A stretch of 63,467 nt of DNA, filler included, from Craspedostauros australis (lineage: Eukaryota): the NCBI GenBank assembly GCA_030167865.1. It is 9 parts of 9 records of this genome, joined end to end, with 100 filler letters (N's around TTAATTAATTAA, not from the genome) between each part and the next. Parts side by side here need not be neighbours in the genome. Positions count along the whole stretch, not along the records: positions 1 to 30,038 come from JALAGF010003612.1; 8 more parts are not named here. One strand, given 5' to 3'. The position numbers and the translations under genes are program-made. The notes beneath the pieces were generated by a model. That model was not told where the DNA came from, ran no database searches, and was given only the letters and a program-made list of their open reading frames with translations. Positions 11,903 through 23,712 of the stretch are shown here, in pieces. Within the stretch, counting starts at the first letter, position 1. The number at the start of each line of letters is the position of its first letter.

Positions 11903-12673
11903 ATGGCCCTCCGATCCGCAGCAGCCCGCCTCATCTCGCGCAGCAATCCAGCTGTCGCCTCCAACGTCAATGGACGCTTCATGTCGTCCGGCCTTGACCG
12001 CGCCAAGACCGAGGAGAACTTCGAGGCCGTCCTCGACAAGTTCGCTCAGATCCGCGCCTGCGCCGTCCTGCGCACTGCCACGTCCGACGCCTGCCCCAAG
12101 GCCATGCAGGCCGCCATCGACGGTGGATTCAAGATCGTCGAGTTCACCCTCACCACGCCCGACTGCCTGCAGCACCTTTCCGACTGCCGCACCAAGTACG
12201 ACGGCGATGTCATGGTCGGCTGCGGTACCATCATGAACACCGAGGATGCTGAGAAAGCCATCGATGCCGGAAGCGAATTCATCATCACTCCCGTCATGCT
12301 CCCGGATGTCATCGAATGGTGCAAGGAGCGCAACATCGTCTGCGTGCCAGGATGCCAAACCCCCACCGAGCTCACCATGGCCTACCGTCACGGTGCCCCG
12401 CTCCAGAAGCTCTTTCCAGGCGTCGCCGGCGGACCAATGTGGGTCAAGGCCGTCAGCTCGGCCCTTCCCTTCCTCAGCATCAACCCAACCTCCGGTGTCG
12501 ACCTCGACAACGCCGGTGAATTCCTCCAGAACGGTGCCGCCTCCGTCGGTCTCGTCGCCCCGCTCTTCGACCCAGCCGCCATTGCCGCCGGAGATTACGA
12601 CCAGGTCGCCAAGAACGCGGCCAAGGTCATGGCCAACGTCCGTGAGGTCGGACCATACCAGAGAAAGAAGTAA
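11903..12673 (+). CDS. eda: KDPG/KHG aldolase (Eda family) with mitochondrial-type presequence
   Basis: AVLR, GGFKIVEFT, VGCGT, AGSEFIITP, PGCQTPTE, Schiff-base KLFP, PTSGV; Arg/Ala/Ser-rich N-terminus MALRSAAARLISRS..RFMSS; intronless. Confidence 0.9.
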   Translation: MALRSAAARLISRSNPAVASNVNGRFMSSGLDRAKTEENFEAVLDKFAQIRACAVLRTATSDACPKAMQAAIDGGFKIVEFTLTTPDCLQHLSDCRTKYDGDVMVGCGTIMNTEDAEKAIDAGSEFIITPVMLPDVIEWCKERNIVCVPGCQTPTELTMAYRHGAPLQKLFPGVAGGPMWVKAVSSALPFLSINPTSGVDLDNAGEFLQNGAASVGLVAPLFDPAAIAAGDYDQVAKNAAKVMANVREVGPYQRKK

Positions 12674-13348
12674 AGTTTAGATTGGAATGGCATGGAATGG
12701 ACTAAGTTACTCCACTCTGCAAGTACTCCATGACACGAGGAGCAACCATCACACCATATTCGCATCATACTTCAGCATACCACCACATAGCATAGCATAG
12801 CATAATCGTAGCAATAGAGAGACAAGAAGCAAGGCTACATTTCATCCGAGTGCTGCGCTGCGTGCTGTTGCTCTGCTACAAACATGGATAACACGATCTA
12901 AGAATTCTTTTTGTATGTGCGTGTATTGCATTGTATGAAAGTGCAAGGGCAATGCAAAACAGTTGGCGTGTTCCACTTCTTTGAGAACGACGACGAACAC
13001 GATTCTCAATTCGTTGAGGCCGACGTTGCCTTCGCACAGTCGCACTCGACCGCTTTCATGAACATCCTTATTCTTCAGTGAAGTCCGAGCAATCCTGCCA
13101 AGGACCTTGCGGAGTATGAAACAAATATGAGTCGTAGTAGTATGGTATTATGTTATGAAGTATTCCTTTTGGAGCACACAGTATTCATGGAGTTCTATCA
13201 GCACACAATCTTGGCTATGTTCAATCTGAGCGCCTCTCTCTGTGTTCTCCCAGTTGTTCTCTTTGTCTATCAAGGAGTTCACGATCATCACCCCAAAGGT
13301 TTGGAGTATCTGTAGGTGCTTCTTGTCATGTTCGGCTCTGTCACCTAT

Positions 13349-16300
13349 CTATGCGTCATAGAATTCTCGGTATTCGACATCGCCAATGTGGTGATGTCGA
13401 TCTTGGCTCCAGTCCATGTTCTTTTCGCCGTTGCCTTTCTGCTGCTGCTGCTCATCACGATGCAGCTTCTGTTCCGACTGCACGAATGCCTCGTAGCACT
13501 TGGCGGAGATGCCCAGCGCCACGCAGAAGCCCAACCATGTGGAGTAGTACAGGTCACCCACGGACTGTCCTGGACCGCCGATGCCCGTCACCAACGCCAC
13601 GGCGAGGATGAACATGACCAGCAGCAGCAACGTGAAGATGCCCTGGATGCGGTGATAAGTCGGGGATTCGGCAGCGATCAGGTTGAAGACGCGGATGGCG
13701 AGCATGATGGATCCCACGCCTGTGCCGGTGAAGCCTACCACCAGAGCGAACATTGTGCGTCTGCAGAAAGGGATCGACGTGCCCTCGATGGTCTCGTCGT
13801 GACAGCTGGCGGAGATGTTGTACCAAACGTGCGTGGCGGCTCCAAAGACGACGAAGGAGACCTTGGCCATGACGCCCCACGCCCACACCATAATGTCCTC
13901 TGCATCGTGGCTCAGGTAAGGCTTGAGATAGGACATCATCTGCAGCCCAGCCGTGACGATGGAGGCCCAGGTGAAGTAGTAGAGGTTGGCGGCCTTGATT
14001 TCGCCGATCCCGTTGACGGCCCACGAGTCTTCGCTGTGCATGGTCAACACGAGGTCGGCCATCCAAAGGTGGAAACACAGGATGGACAACACCCCGCCCA
14101 CCCAGAACTTGGCGACGATGAAGTACGATGCTCGCTTCAAGCACAGCAGGAACTGCAGCGTCGCGATGGCCGAGACGACGCCTGGTGCCACCATGACGTA
14201 CCGATGATGCCACGTCAATTCCTCCGCGCTCTCTCGGTACAGCGCGGCGTCTCCAGTGGAAGCGGCGCAGATCATGGACAGGATGGACAACGCGAAGTAT
14301 CGGCGCAACCGCGGCACTCGTTCGCTGCGGTTGTTGTCCGCAGAAGGTCCGGAGGCTGCGAAGAGACCGTCCGATGACTGCGAATTGGACAGAGAGGTAT
14401 GAGATGCTCCGTCCTGGCAACGTTGCTGCTGCTGTTCCTGTACAGGTTGAATGGTGGAGGTGTCATCAGTCTTTGGATTGGTCATGTGCGAGACCTGATC
14501 GTCGATCCGAACGTCGGCCATGGGCTTGGATCGCGGTTGCGAGTACATCTCCACAGCGTAGATCTCCTCGAGGCAACCCAGGCAGACGCGCAGACATAAC
14601 ATGAAGCACAGCCAGCTGGAGTAGTAGAGATTCCCCACCTTGGCGGCAGGTCCTCCCACACCGCTGGAATACAGGGCGTTGAATCCAACGGCCGCCGACA
14701 GGCAGGCAGAGAGGAGGAATTCGCACCACAGCAGCTTCGTCGCCATGCCGGCGCGTCTCCTTGCCTTGGCCAGTGCTTCCGCTCCCGTACCATCGCCGTT
14801 TCCGTGCTGCTGAAGGTACTGACGACGTTCGAAGCTGTGCAGGATGATCGCCACGATGGATGCGAATGGTGCGATGGCGCCTGTGACCACAGCCATGTGC
14901 GTTCGGTGGCAGAAGACTGTGGAGAAGCTCACCTCGTCACTGAGGTTGTTGCAAACCTCTTCGAAGATGAGGTAGTCCTGCACACCACGGAAGTCCCAGC
15001 TACCAGTCGTGCCGCCTCCCGCGGCGTCTGCATTCTGATCGTATGCATCGTCATCGCCGTAGTTGTTGTTGTCGTTTCCGGCATCGCCGCCAGCAACGAC
15101 ATCGTCATCGCTGAGGATGGAAAAGGGACGGAAGAGGTTGTCAAAGATGAAGGCTGCGCTGAGGAATGTGACCAGGCTCGATATCCAAATCGCAGTCCAG
15201 TAGCCAGCTCTGAGTCGCAACCGCAGCATGGTTTGGTACCACTTCTTCTTGCGTTGTGCCGCGATGCTCTGGCCGTGAATCGCTTGTAACGATGGATCGA
15301 CGGAAAGCGTTGTACTTTGAGCGTCCATGAAGTTGTGCGGTGCGCCCATCGGTGTTGCGTGCTTGGATTGCTGTCGCTGCCGCCGCAGTTGCGGTGCCAT
15401 CCGAACCACCGCTGGTCCTCCTGCTGCTCTCCTCCTCGGTCTGTCGCGCACCGATCGGAATCCGTCTGCCAGGATGCTGTAAAGCAGCATGAGACTGAGC
15501 CCCATCGATATCCATGACAGGTAGTAGAGGTTGGCATTGTCACCGACGTTGCCCATGTAATCGACTGCCGCGAGACTGTTGTACGGGTTCTGACCATCTT
15601 CATCTGCATCTTGCTTGGGTCGCAGGAGGATGATGACATTCCAATACACCCAGCACGCCACAATGAGGACTTGGATGACAGTCAGCACCACCAGCGTGTA
15701 TATTTGGCTCCAGTAGTGATCACCATCAGACACATGCTGCTGCTGCTGCTGCTGGTGGTTGTCTTGCTGATCTTCATTGATTGGCAATGCTGCACCCGCA
15801 GGTATGGCTGTGCCTCCACCCAATGCATTGGTTTGTGTTGGCAGTGATAACGATTGCGTTGATGCTGATTCGGATGCGGACTTCGTTGTCGTCGTCTTTT
15901 GCAGATGCCTGGAAATGATCATGATGGCGACGGCGCTGAGAAGGAAGGATATTGCGCCTGCCGGTGCCACGACGCGTCGGAAGAGGGCCACGCACTGGTA
16001 CTGCCCCCGGATGATCGCCCGTTCGCTGACCTCCACGGAATCATCATCCGTTGCCAACTCCAAGAGGAAGTACATCTCGTGCGACAGGCATTGTCGTTTG
16101 GCATCCATCGCCGACAGCAACGCCATGACCGTTGTGAGGCAGAGGCCCGCGTAGAGCATGGCAAGCTGCTCGAATGAGATCCAGTGCCTTGTCATGGTGT
16201 ATCTGTCCACATCCAACATGAGGCCGTCACGTCCACTATCGTCAATGTCATCGCCATCGGCACTAACCGGAGTGGCACCAGCCGATGTAGTGTCAGCAGA

Positions 16301-16807
16301 AATAGTACCAGATGTGGCCGTCGAACCAGATGATGCGCCGACATGCAACGGGGCTTTCATCTCTGCTATCGTGGTCATGGTCGTGCCCATTTGTGATGAG
16401 GAAGTTGGTGCAGCATCCGTATCCATGGCATACCGTATTCTCGAAGCATTTGGCGGTTCTTGTTGTTGTGCGTTGTTATCAGGGCTCATTTTTTCGTTCT
16501 GCCGTCGACCGCTATTGCCATGCTCGATCCTGCGGCTCTTGGCCTCCAACACGTCCTGAGGTTTCGAATGATTGCCTCCAAATGAAGTGTCATTCGTTGC
16601 CAAGACGTAGTGAAGACCTCCATTGTCCTCTGCCATGGTTGTTGCCGCGATACCAGCGCTCCCGCGATTGGCAGTAGTGCTGGCAGCAATACGGGCAGTA
16701 TCATGGCTCGTGTCATTGATGTTGATAGGCGCCGCTGCAGGACGATGTCTGCCATCGTCGTTGATGTTGCTGCTGCTGCCACATTCGTCTGGGTTTGGAT
16801 GAAACAT
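13349..16807 (-). CDS. Large multi-pass membrane protein with four NLYYxxW-type repeats; function unknown
   Basis: Open frame of more than 1100 aa (first ATG 16807) with many hydrophobic segments; motifs ANLYYLSW, GNLYYSSW, ANLYYFTW, GDLYYSTW. Confidence 0.8.
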   Translation of the reverse strand: MFHPNPDECGSSSNINDDGRHRPAAAPININDTSHDTARIAASTTANRGSAGIAATTMAEDNGGLHYVLATNDTSFGGNHSKPQDVLEAKSRRIEHGNSGRRQNEKMSPDNNAQQQEPPNASRIRYAMDTDAAPTSSSQMGTTMTTIAEMKAPLHVGASSGSTATSGTISADTTSAGATPVSADGDDIDDSGRDGLMLDVDRYTMTRHWISFEQLAMLYAGLCLTTVMALLSAMDAKRQCLSHEMYFLLELATDDDSVEVSERAIIRGQYQCVALFRRVVAPAGAISFLLSAVAIMIISRHLQKTTTTKSASESASTQSLSLPTQTNALGGGTAIPAGAALPINEDQQDNHQQQQQQHVSDGDHYWSQIYTLVVLTVIQVLIVACWVYWNVIILLRPKQDADEDGQNPYNSLAAVDYMGNVGDNANLYYLSWISMGLSLMLLYSILADGFRSVRDRPRRRAAGGPAVVRMAPQLRRQRQQSKHATPMGAPHNFMDAQSTTLSVDPSLQAIHGQSIAAQRKKKWYQTMLRLRLRAGYWTAIWISSLVTFLSAAFIFDNLFRPFSILSDDDVVAGGDAGNDNNNYGDDDAYDQNADAAGGGTTGSWDFRGVQDYLIFEEVCNNLSDEVSFSTVFCHRTHMAVVTGAIAPFASIVAIILHSFERRQYLQQHGNGDGTGAEALAKARRRAGMATKLLWCEFLLSACLSAAVGFNALYSSGVGGPAAKVGNLYYSSWLCFMLCLRVCLGCLEEIYAVEMYSQPRSKPMADVRIDDQVSHMTNPKTDDTSTIQPVQEQQQQRCQDGASHTSLSNSQSSDGLFAASGPSADNNRSERVPRLRRYFALSILSMICAASTGDAALYRESAEELTWHHRYVMVAPGVVSAIATLQFLLCLKRASYFIVAKFWVGGVLSILCFHLWMADLVLTMHSEDSWAVNGIGEIKAANLYYFTWASIVTAGLQMMSYLKPYLSHDAEDIMVWAWGVMAKVSFVVFGAATHVWYNISASCHDETIEGTSIPFCRRTMFALVVGFTGTGVGSIMLAIRVFNLIAAESPTYHRIQGIFTLLLLVMFILAVALVTGIGGPGQSVGDLYYSTWLGFCVALGISAKCYEAFVQSEQKLHRDEQQQQKGNGEKNMDWSQDRHHHIGDVEYREFYDA

Positions 16808-17694
16808 GGAGTGGAGACGATGCGCCAGCGACGTTGGATCTGGTTGAAGCACGTTGTGCGGAGAGCGGGCTCATCCACCAAACAGAATGGAATCAAATCG
16901 AATCGAATGAACAAGAACCGAAGGATGGATGTTTTGATGCGTTTATCGCAGGCAACACCAATGAATCGATGCTGAGTATTGCGCTCGTTGATGCTCCTCC
17001 TGTCTCTTCTCTTCCCTTCTGTCGATGCTCCCAACGAGCTCTTCAGAAAGATGGAGATGAATGCCGATGAACGGCTCTGCCTTTCTCTGATTCCGGAGAG
17101 AGGCGCGGTGGTCGATGCAACGTTGGCGACCAAGAGAAGCAGATGACAATGACGACTGCGCCAAAACGGAGAGCGTGACGGATTTGTGCGTCGCGGCCAC
17201 GTCCTGGACGAACGAAGAAGACGGACAAAAAAGTGTTGCCGTTTGCGCTCTGTGTCGCTCATCCTTCTCTCCATCGCCAAACGACGCGCACACCACAGGA
17301 CTCAGGCTCGCGTTGATTCGTGGATGACTATTTTGGACGGATTTGAACACGAGTCGCATGACTCGCGCGACCGATTGTATACGATGGACCAGTCCGATCA
17401 CGCCTGGGCAGTCCCATCTTGGCGGATCTGCGGATGACGTTTTTGGTGCCTTGTGTTCAACCCCACAACCACCAAACAAACGAACACGTGAACACGCAGA
17501 AGCGCTCCTCATGATGTAATTGCGACACCGTGATGTCATGAAACATCTGACGAGCATCCGCTCCAGGAGAACTCTGTTTCGCATCAGAGCCTCCATCCCA
17601 CCACCATCACAAGATCCAAGCAAGGCCATTCTCGAAGACTCCAACACACTCCACACACAAACAGACAAACACACAATCGCATCTACTCTCAATC

Positions 17695-19075
17695 ATGTTC
17701 TCCTCCACCCTCGCACGCCGAACTGCCGCCCTGGTGCAATCCACGGGCATCGCCAAGCGCGCCTTCGCCATGGGACCCTCCAGCGGAGGTGCCGTCTCCG
17801 ATGAGACGCTCGAGAAGCTCGGATCCCTCTCCACGCAGGCCCTCGTCGATGGCCTCTGGGTCATGGGATGGCCAGCTGCCCAGATCGATGGTGCCCGTCC
17901 CCTCGCACCAGGCATGAAGTGCGTCGGACGTGCCGTCACCCTCAACTTCGTCCCAGCCCGTCCCGACATTGCCCAGGACAAGCCAGCCGGAGGCGAATCT
18001 CCAGAGTACGAGGCCTTCGAGAAGTGCGGACCAAACGAAGTGAGTGGGCAATCTGACAAAGAGTACTCCGGAGAGCTCTATGCTCTGTTTCATTCATGTC
18101 ATCGTCCATCGTTCTGCTTAGTGCTCTGTGTGCTTCTCAATCTAGCAGCAGCAATACTCCAGAAGAGAAGAGAATAGAGTACGAACACTCGAAGCGGTCT
18201 TGATTTCCCACAAAAACAACCGCTCACTCATGTTTTCGTGCTCTTTCTTTCATTCATGCACTCGTTCATCCATCGTCTATCATTTGTTGCACACTGCAAA
18301 CTGCAACCACCCACGCTCGTCAAACCGGACCACTTCTTGCCTTCCATCTCGATGAAATGGAATGGCATGAAATTGGTCATGGATGTAACCCAATGTATTG
18401 CGACCCCATGACATCGAATTGAATTGAATTGAATTGAATTGCAATCATCTTGTGGTTGGATCCGATTCTCCTTCAAATGCAATTGGGACGAATTGCTAAA
18501 CTAATTGCGATGGCATTGCCATGTCCATGAATTATGAATATCATTCACGCACACACGCACGTACATAGGTCCTCGTCATGTCCAGCACCGGACCATGGGA
18601 ATCCGTCGGCGGCGACATCAAGTTCCTGCGATTGAAGCAGCTCTCCATCGGCGGACTCGTCACGGACGGCAGCGTGCGCGACACCGACGAGATCATCAAC
18701 TACGGTTTCCCGTGCTTCTCGTACTCCACCACCGCGCGTCAAGGACCGGCCGCCATGCAACCATGGGAATGCAACGGCATCGTGAGCCTCTCGGGTACCG
18801 TCGTGCGACCCGGTGACGCCATCATCGGAGACCAGGACGGCGTCGTCTGCGTCCCGGCCAAGGTCGCCGAGATGGTCTACTCCATCGCGCATGGACGTGA
18901 GGAGATCGAGGAGATCGTCAAGGAGGAGCTCATCAAGAACCCAGGACCACCAGGCAAGTACTATCCATTCATGAGCGGAAAGGTCAAGGTCGATTCTCCA
19001 CTCGGACAGCTGCTCGCCACCAAGGGAATCACGCCAGAGAACTCCAACCAGTTCGAAGGAACCGCCGACTGGTAA
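17695..19075 (+). CDS. RraA-like / HMG (4-hydroxy-4-methyl-2-oxoglutarate) aldolase family protein, mitochondrial-type presequence, 2 exons
   Basis: STQALVDGL, VGRAVT, GPNEVLVM, VGGDI, GLVTDGSVRD, VRPGDAIIGDQDGVVCVP. Exons 17695-18039 and 18569-19075 (GTGAGT..TAG). Confidence 0.88.
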
Positions 19076-19288
19076 ATAGGAGATATACTGATTCTGAATA
19101 GCCTGGCATACACTTAGCAGAGTGCTGCGATCTGCTGCATCATAGCGTCAATACTCGCAAATCCAGTCCAAAATAGAGGAAATATGTAGGTACACCAATT
19201 CGTCAATACTCTCTGGACAAGTAGAATGGCAAATGCGGTATACAGTGCTCTATCAACCTGTTAACTACTATTCTGCAAGCGAATGACA

Positions 19289-20663
19289 TCACTTCCGCCT
19301 CAGATGTCCCATCAGAACCTCCTTGACGAGCTTCCTGCCACGGATCAGATCCCCATGCGCCGGCACTATCGTCTCGATATCCCATTCGTTCAAGATGATA
19401 TCGACCATCGCATCGTACTTTGCTGTGTCCTTGAGCATGAAGTTCATGTAGAATGGATAGTACACCTTGTCCATTCCGATCTTCCACAGCCGGCTGCCTT
19501 TGGGAATGGACTTCACGGAAGGTGCCAGCGCCCAGGGCTTCTGACCTAGCTGGGAATTGGGAACGCCGTCGGAGGATGGATAATTCCAATACAGGTCAGT
19601 GACGAACAACGACTTGGATGGTTCGTGGTAGAAGACGACCTCATTGAAGAATGGCCGTCCAGTGAAAGGATTGAGTTCCATGTCTACGTGGATGGGACGG
19701 ATCGTTTCGAAGTCCCAGCAATTCTTCAAGTTCGCGGAGGATTGTGACTCCAGAATGCCTGATGGAACTTCGCCTGTCCATGAGACCTCTGGCATGCGCT
19801 CTGCCAGTCCGGGGCAACCCCACATGAAAGCTGGTTTTATGTATGCGGACGAACGGATGGGAAGGAAAGGGCAGGAATGGACCAAAAGGGAAGAAATGTC
19901 GAGGGTTGAGTTCATTGTTTGATTCGTACTCGTAGACGAGTTAGAGAAACGGAATGGGGGTACACAAATGGCATCAAGTCTCCGTTCTTCATTGTACAGT
20001 GCAGTCGTATCTCCACTCTACTCTCCTCGACTCTACTCTACTCTACTCTACTCTACTCTACTAATGCATCAGTACAATTGTGCACGAAGACATGCGCATG
20101 GCTGAGCCGAACGTACCATCTGGATAGGCCTTATCCCACATCGGTGCATACTTGAGATGCTCATAATTGGGTGAGACGATGTACTTGACCGTCCCCAACT
20201 CATCAATCGCGGCCCGCAGTGGTGCATCCAACCCCACGGGCGAATGAACCCATAGGTCCGGTTTCGCGTTGGCATCATCGTTGGGCAATTCCACCACCGT
20301 CATGCGACAGCCCACATCGATCTTGTTCCAATAGAATGGCCGATCGGCCGTCCAAACGCCCGGTACGCATGCCGGCGTCAGAACGGAACCCAGCCGATTG
20401 GACCAACCGGCTGGCGAGTACGTGCCTTGCACGCCGGATGCCTTCGTATCCACGACGACGCCGCTCTGCTTGGCCTTTTCCACGAGCATGGCACGTGTGG
20501 ACATGGGGAAGATGTCGGGTCGAGCATCGCTGTGGAGTTGCGTTGCGCTGTGGCAGGATCTGGCGGATAGATCGTGCAAGGTGAAGGCATGTGATGTTTG
20601 CCAACTCAATGGGAGTAGCAGCAGGAAGATCAGCAACGATTGGTGCAGTTGCGGGATTGTCAT
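19289..20663 (-). CDS. DUF4336-family (metallo-beta-lactamase-like) protein, plastid-targeted, 2 exons
   Basis: RMTVV.L, LWVHSPV, LG.VKYIVSPNYEH, EVVFYH.PSKSL.VTD, IVPAHG; signal peptide then AF motif. Exons 20663-20117 and 19830-19289. Confidence 0.85.
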
Positions 20664-21103
20664 GGTGTAGCTATCGGAATCCGCTGTCCTTGGATCAGTT
20701 AGATGTATCGTTGGATGTGATGAATGGTTGGTTGCATGAATGGGACGTACGATAGGCTCGCTGGAGAGAGAGAGAGAGAGAGAGAGGGCATGCTTTGTTG
20801 TGTCCGCACCATCTCAGTTGCTTCTGTGTGCGAAAACACGTGCAGAGGCGTCGCGATCTTTTCTCCACAATCCGTGGCTTCTCTGATGCTGACATGATGC
20901 CATTTTCTCACTATTCTCGTGTTTGCGTCCATGCTACACTCAAATCGACAACTACTCGCACGAACGTCAATAACAAGAGATGCAGTTCAATGCAGACTAA
21001 AGAGTATGACATGATGGCTTGTTTCATGTTACAAGCCAAATGTTTATGACGGCAACTTGAAATGGATGTACCCAAACATATTACTTCTGTGTATAATAAT
21101 GTT

Positions 21104-22897
21104 TTAGATGAAAGGAACAAAGCCATCGTCATCCCCGTTCTCCCCAGGTGCCGACAAATTGATGAAGAACTTGATAGTGCTCTCCAGCTTTTCAATGAAT
21201 GCATCAACATCTCTGTGCAAGTGCATGAAAGTATAATGGATGTTTGAGTGGTTGCGAGCAGTGCCGTGTCCATACGATGCAGAGTTGCAATTCCGACGAC
21301 GCAACAGAGAGAATAGAACGTTGGGAAGAGTCATGTGAGTCGTCATGTTCACACCAACAGCAATGAACCACAACAACAACAATGTCCCGCTGCAAACCAC
21401 CTCAACCTCTCCCACGCCCCTTTCCACAAATACCACTTACTCCTTGGTGTTGTAGATATACAGACTGGCACGGGCCGAATGCGAAATATCAAAGGTCTGA
21501 TGCAACGGCTGACAGCAATGATGCCCAGCACGAATGGCCACGCCTTCCATATCCAAAAAGGTGCTGAGATCGCTGGGATGCACACCATCCACGGTAAAGG
21601 CACACAACGCCGCACGCTCCACACCCACGGGCGGACCCAGCACGTTGACGTGCTCGACCTCCGCCATGCGCCGGTGCAAGTAAGCCGCAAGTTCATGCTC
21701 GTACTGCGACACCTTCTCCATGCCGATGGCCTCGAGGTAGTCGATTGCGGCGCCCAATCCAACGGCCTGCGCGATGGCGGGTGTGCCGGCCTCGAATCGC
21801 GCCGGCGCCTTGGCGTACGTGGCCGTCTCCATCGTGACGTGATCGATCATCTCGCCGCCGGTCTGGTAGGGTGGCATGGTGTTGAGGATGTCCTCCTTGC
21901 CCCACAGAAACCCTATGCCCGTCGGTGCGCACATCTTGTGGCCCGACGCGGCCAGGAAGTCGATGCCCAGCGCCTGGACATCGACCTGCATGTGCGGGAC
22001 GGACTGGCAGGCATCGAGGACGATCTTGGCGTTGGGCGCCTTGGATCGGATGATTGCGACGATGTCTTGCACCGGGTTGATGCAGCCCAGGACGTTGGAG
22101 ACGTGCGGGAACGCCACGATCTTGGTGTTCTCGGCATCGAGCAAGGACTCCATCTGCTCCAAATTCAACGCACCCGTGCTCATGTCAATCTCGGCGAATC
22201 GCAGCGTGGCGCCGGTGCGCTGCGAGAGGATCTGCCATGGCACGAGGTTGGCATGATGCTCCATCTGCGTGAAGACGATCTCGTCGCCGGGCTTGAGGTT
22301 GGAGATGCCGTACGTGTTGGCGATCATGTTCAACGCCTCCGTGGCGCCCTTGGTGAAGATGACTTCATTGCGAGACGGCGCGTTGATGAAGCGCTTGATG
22401 CTGTCGCGGGCCGCCTCGTAGGCCGAGGTTGCCTCGCGGGACAGCGTGTGGGCGCCGCGATGGACGTTGGAGTTGGTCTTGGTGTAGTACTCCTCCAACG
22501 CATCCAGCACCTGCCTGGGCTTTTGGGAGGTCGCGGCAGAATCGAGGTAGATCAGTGGCCTTTCATTCTCGCCGATCTTCGTGGTCTGAAGGATCGAAAA
22601 GTCCTCTCGAATGGATTCTGCCAAGTCCGCGTGCTCCAGTTCGTACTCCTCCCACCACAACTTTGACTCCTTCTGCTCCTCAACTGTGTCCGTGGCATCT
22701 GTCTCGGCTTCGGCAACTGGATCATCCAGAACAGCGCGCGCTGTTGAGGTTCGACAGGAGTGTGGTGCTTGCTGCTGATGATGTCTGATGCCGAGATGGT
22801 TGTGCTTGGCAGGAGAGAATCCTTGCGTCCGCTGCGACTGCAGCTGCACTAACAGCAGCAGCAACAGCAGCGATGATGGTGTCTTCGTTCCTCCCAT
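21104..22897 (-). CDS. sufS: Cysteine desulfurase SufS (group II), plastid-targeted, 2 exons
   Basis: YLDSAATSQKP, NVHRGAH, EHHAN.VPWQ, ASGHKM..PTGIG, RFEAGTP, IRAGHHC. Exons 22897-21441 and 21212-21104; N-terminal signal plus GF. Confidence 0.95.
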
Positions 22898-23712
22898 TGT
22901 GTACGAATATGATGAGTGCAATTACTGTATTAGAATGCGCTCTGTGATGCAGGCAGGTGTGATGTCACGATGTTGCGATGATGGCATGGTCTGAACCGAC
23001 TTCAAGTTGTGACAGCACCCGGTGGTTTCTTGGATGATCGTGGATGGTGATGGCATGGTTGGGATGATTTGTGCGAAGGATTTGTTGGTGGTGAGTGCGG
23101 AATCCACGTTCGGGTTTGCAGCGTGGCGCAAAAAGAATGTCGATTGTGGTTGATGACGTGTGCGCGCCATATATATACTAAGTTCATGGTACTCTTATTT
23201 GACATCTTCCATATTGATGTACCGTGGATACTGTTTGACGTGGCCAATGACGCTGACGTGTCCCGAACCGAAGTTGAACACGAGCTGTTTGCAAAGACAC
23301 GCAGATGGGGCGTGTGATCATTCCTCTCTTTGGTGTCATCACATCATGTGATGTCATGTCATGTGATGTGAGCAGAGATGAACAGAAAATGCAAGGCGGG
23401 AGAATCACTCGACATCGACATCACGCAGAGGAGGGAGCGAGAGAGAGACGGAAAGTACCTGCGGAAAGAGTGGAGAGGAAAGTTCTGTGGGATCCGTCCT
23501 CTCCATTTGTTGCCAACGTGGACGACGATCTTCCTGTTCCGATGACAAGAAGAGGAAGGATGTGAATCTCTCCCCACATTTCCAGTTCGACGCAACACGA
23601 CGCAGAGGTGCACACTTGTACCATAACTTCACATTCCGATCCATCCCAACCAATTCCCACAATCGACAACGAGCACAATCACAATCACCTATCACATCTT
23701 TCTGCCAGCATC

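Noticed and set aside
13316..14377. Long antisense or alternative-frame ORFs (also 4980-6047, 8376-9245, 21335-22666, 30476-31435, 35013-36062, 56806-58029)
   Set aside because: Shadows of GC-rich real genes or simple repeats, with no recognisable motifs.
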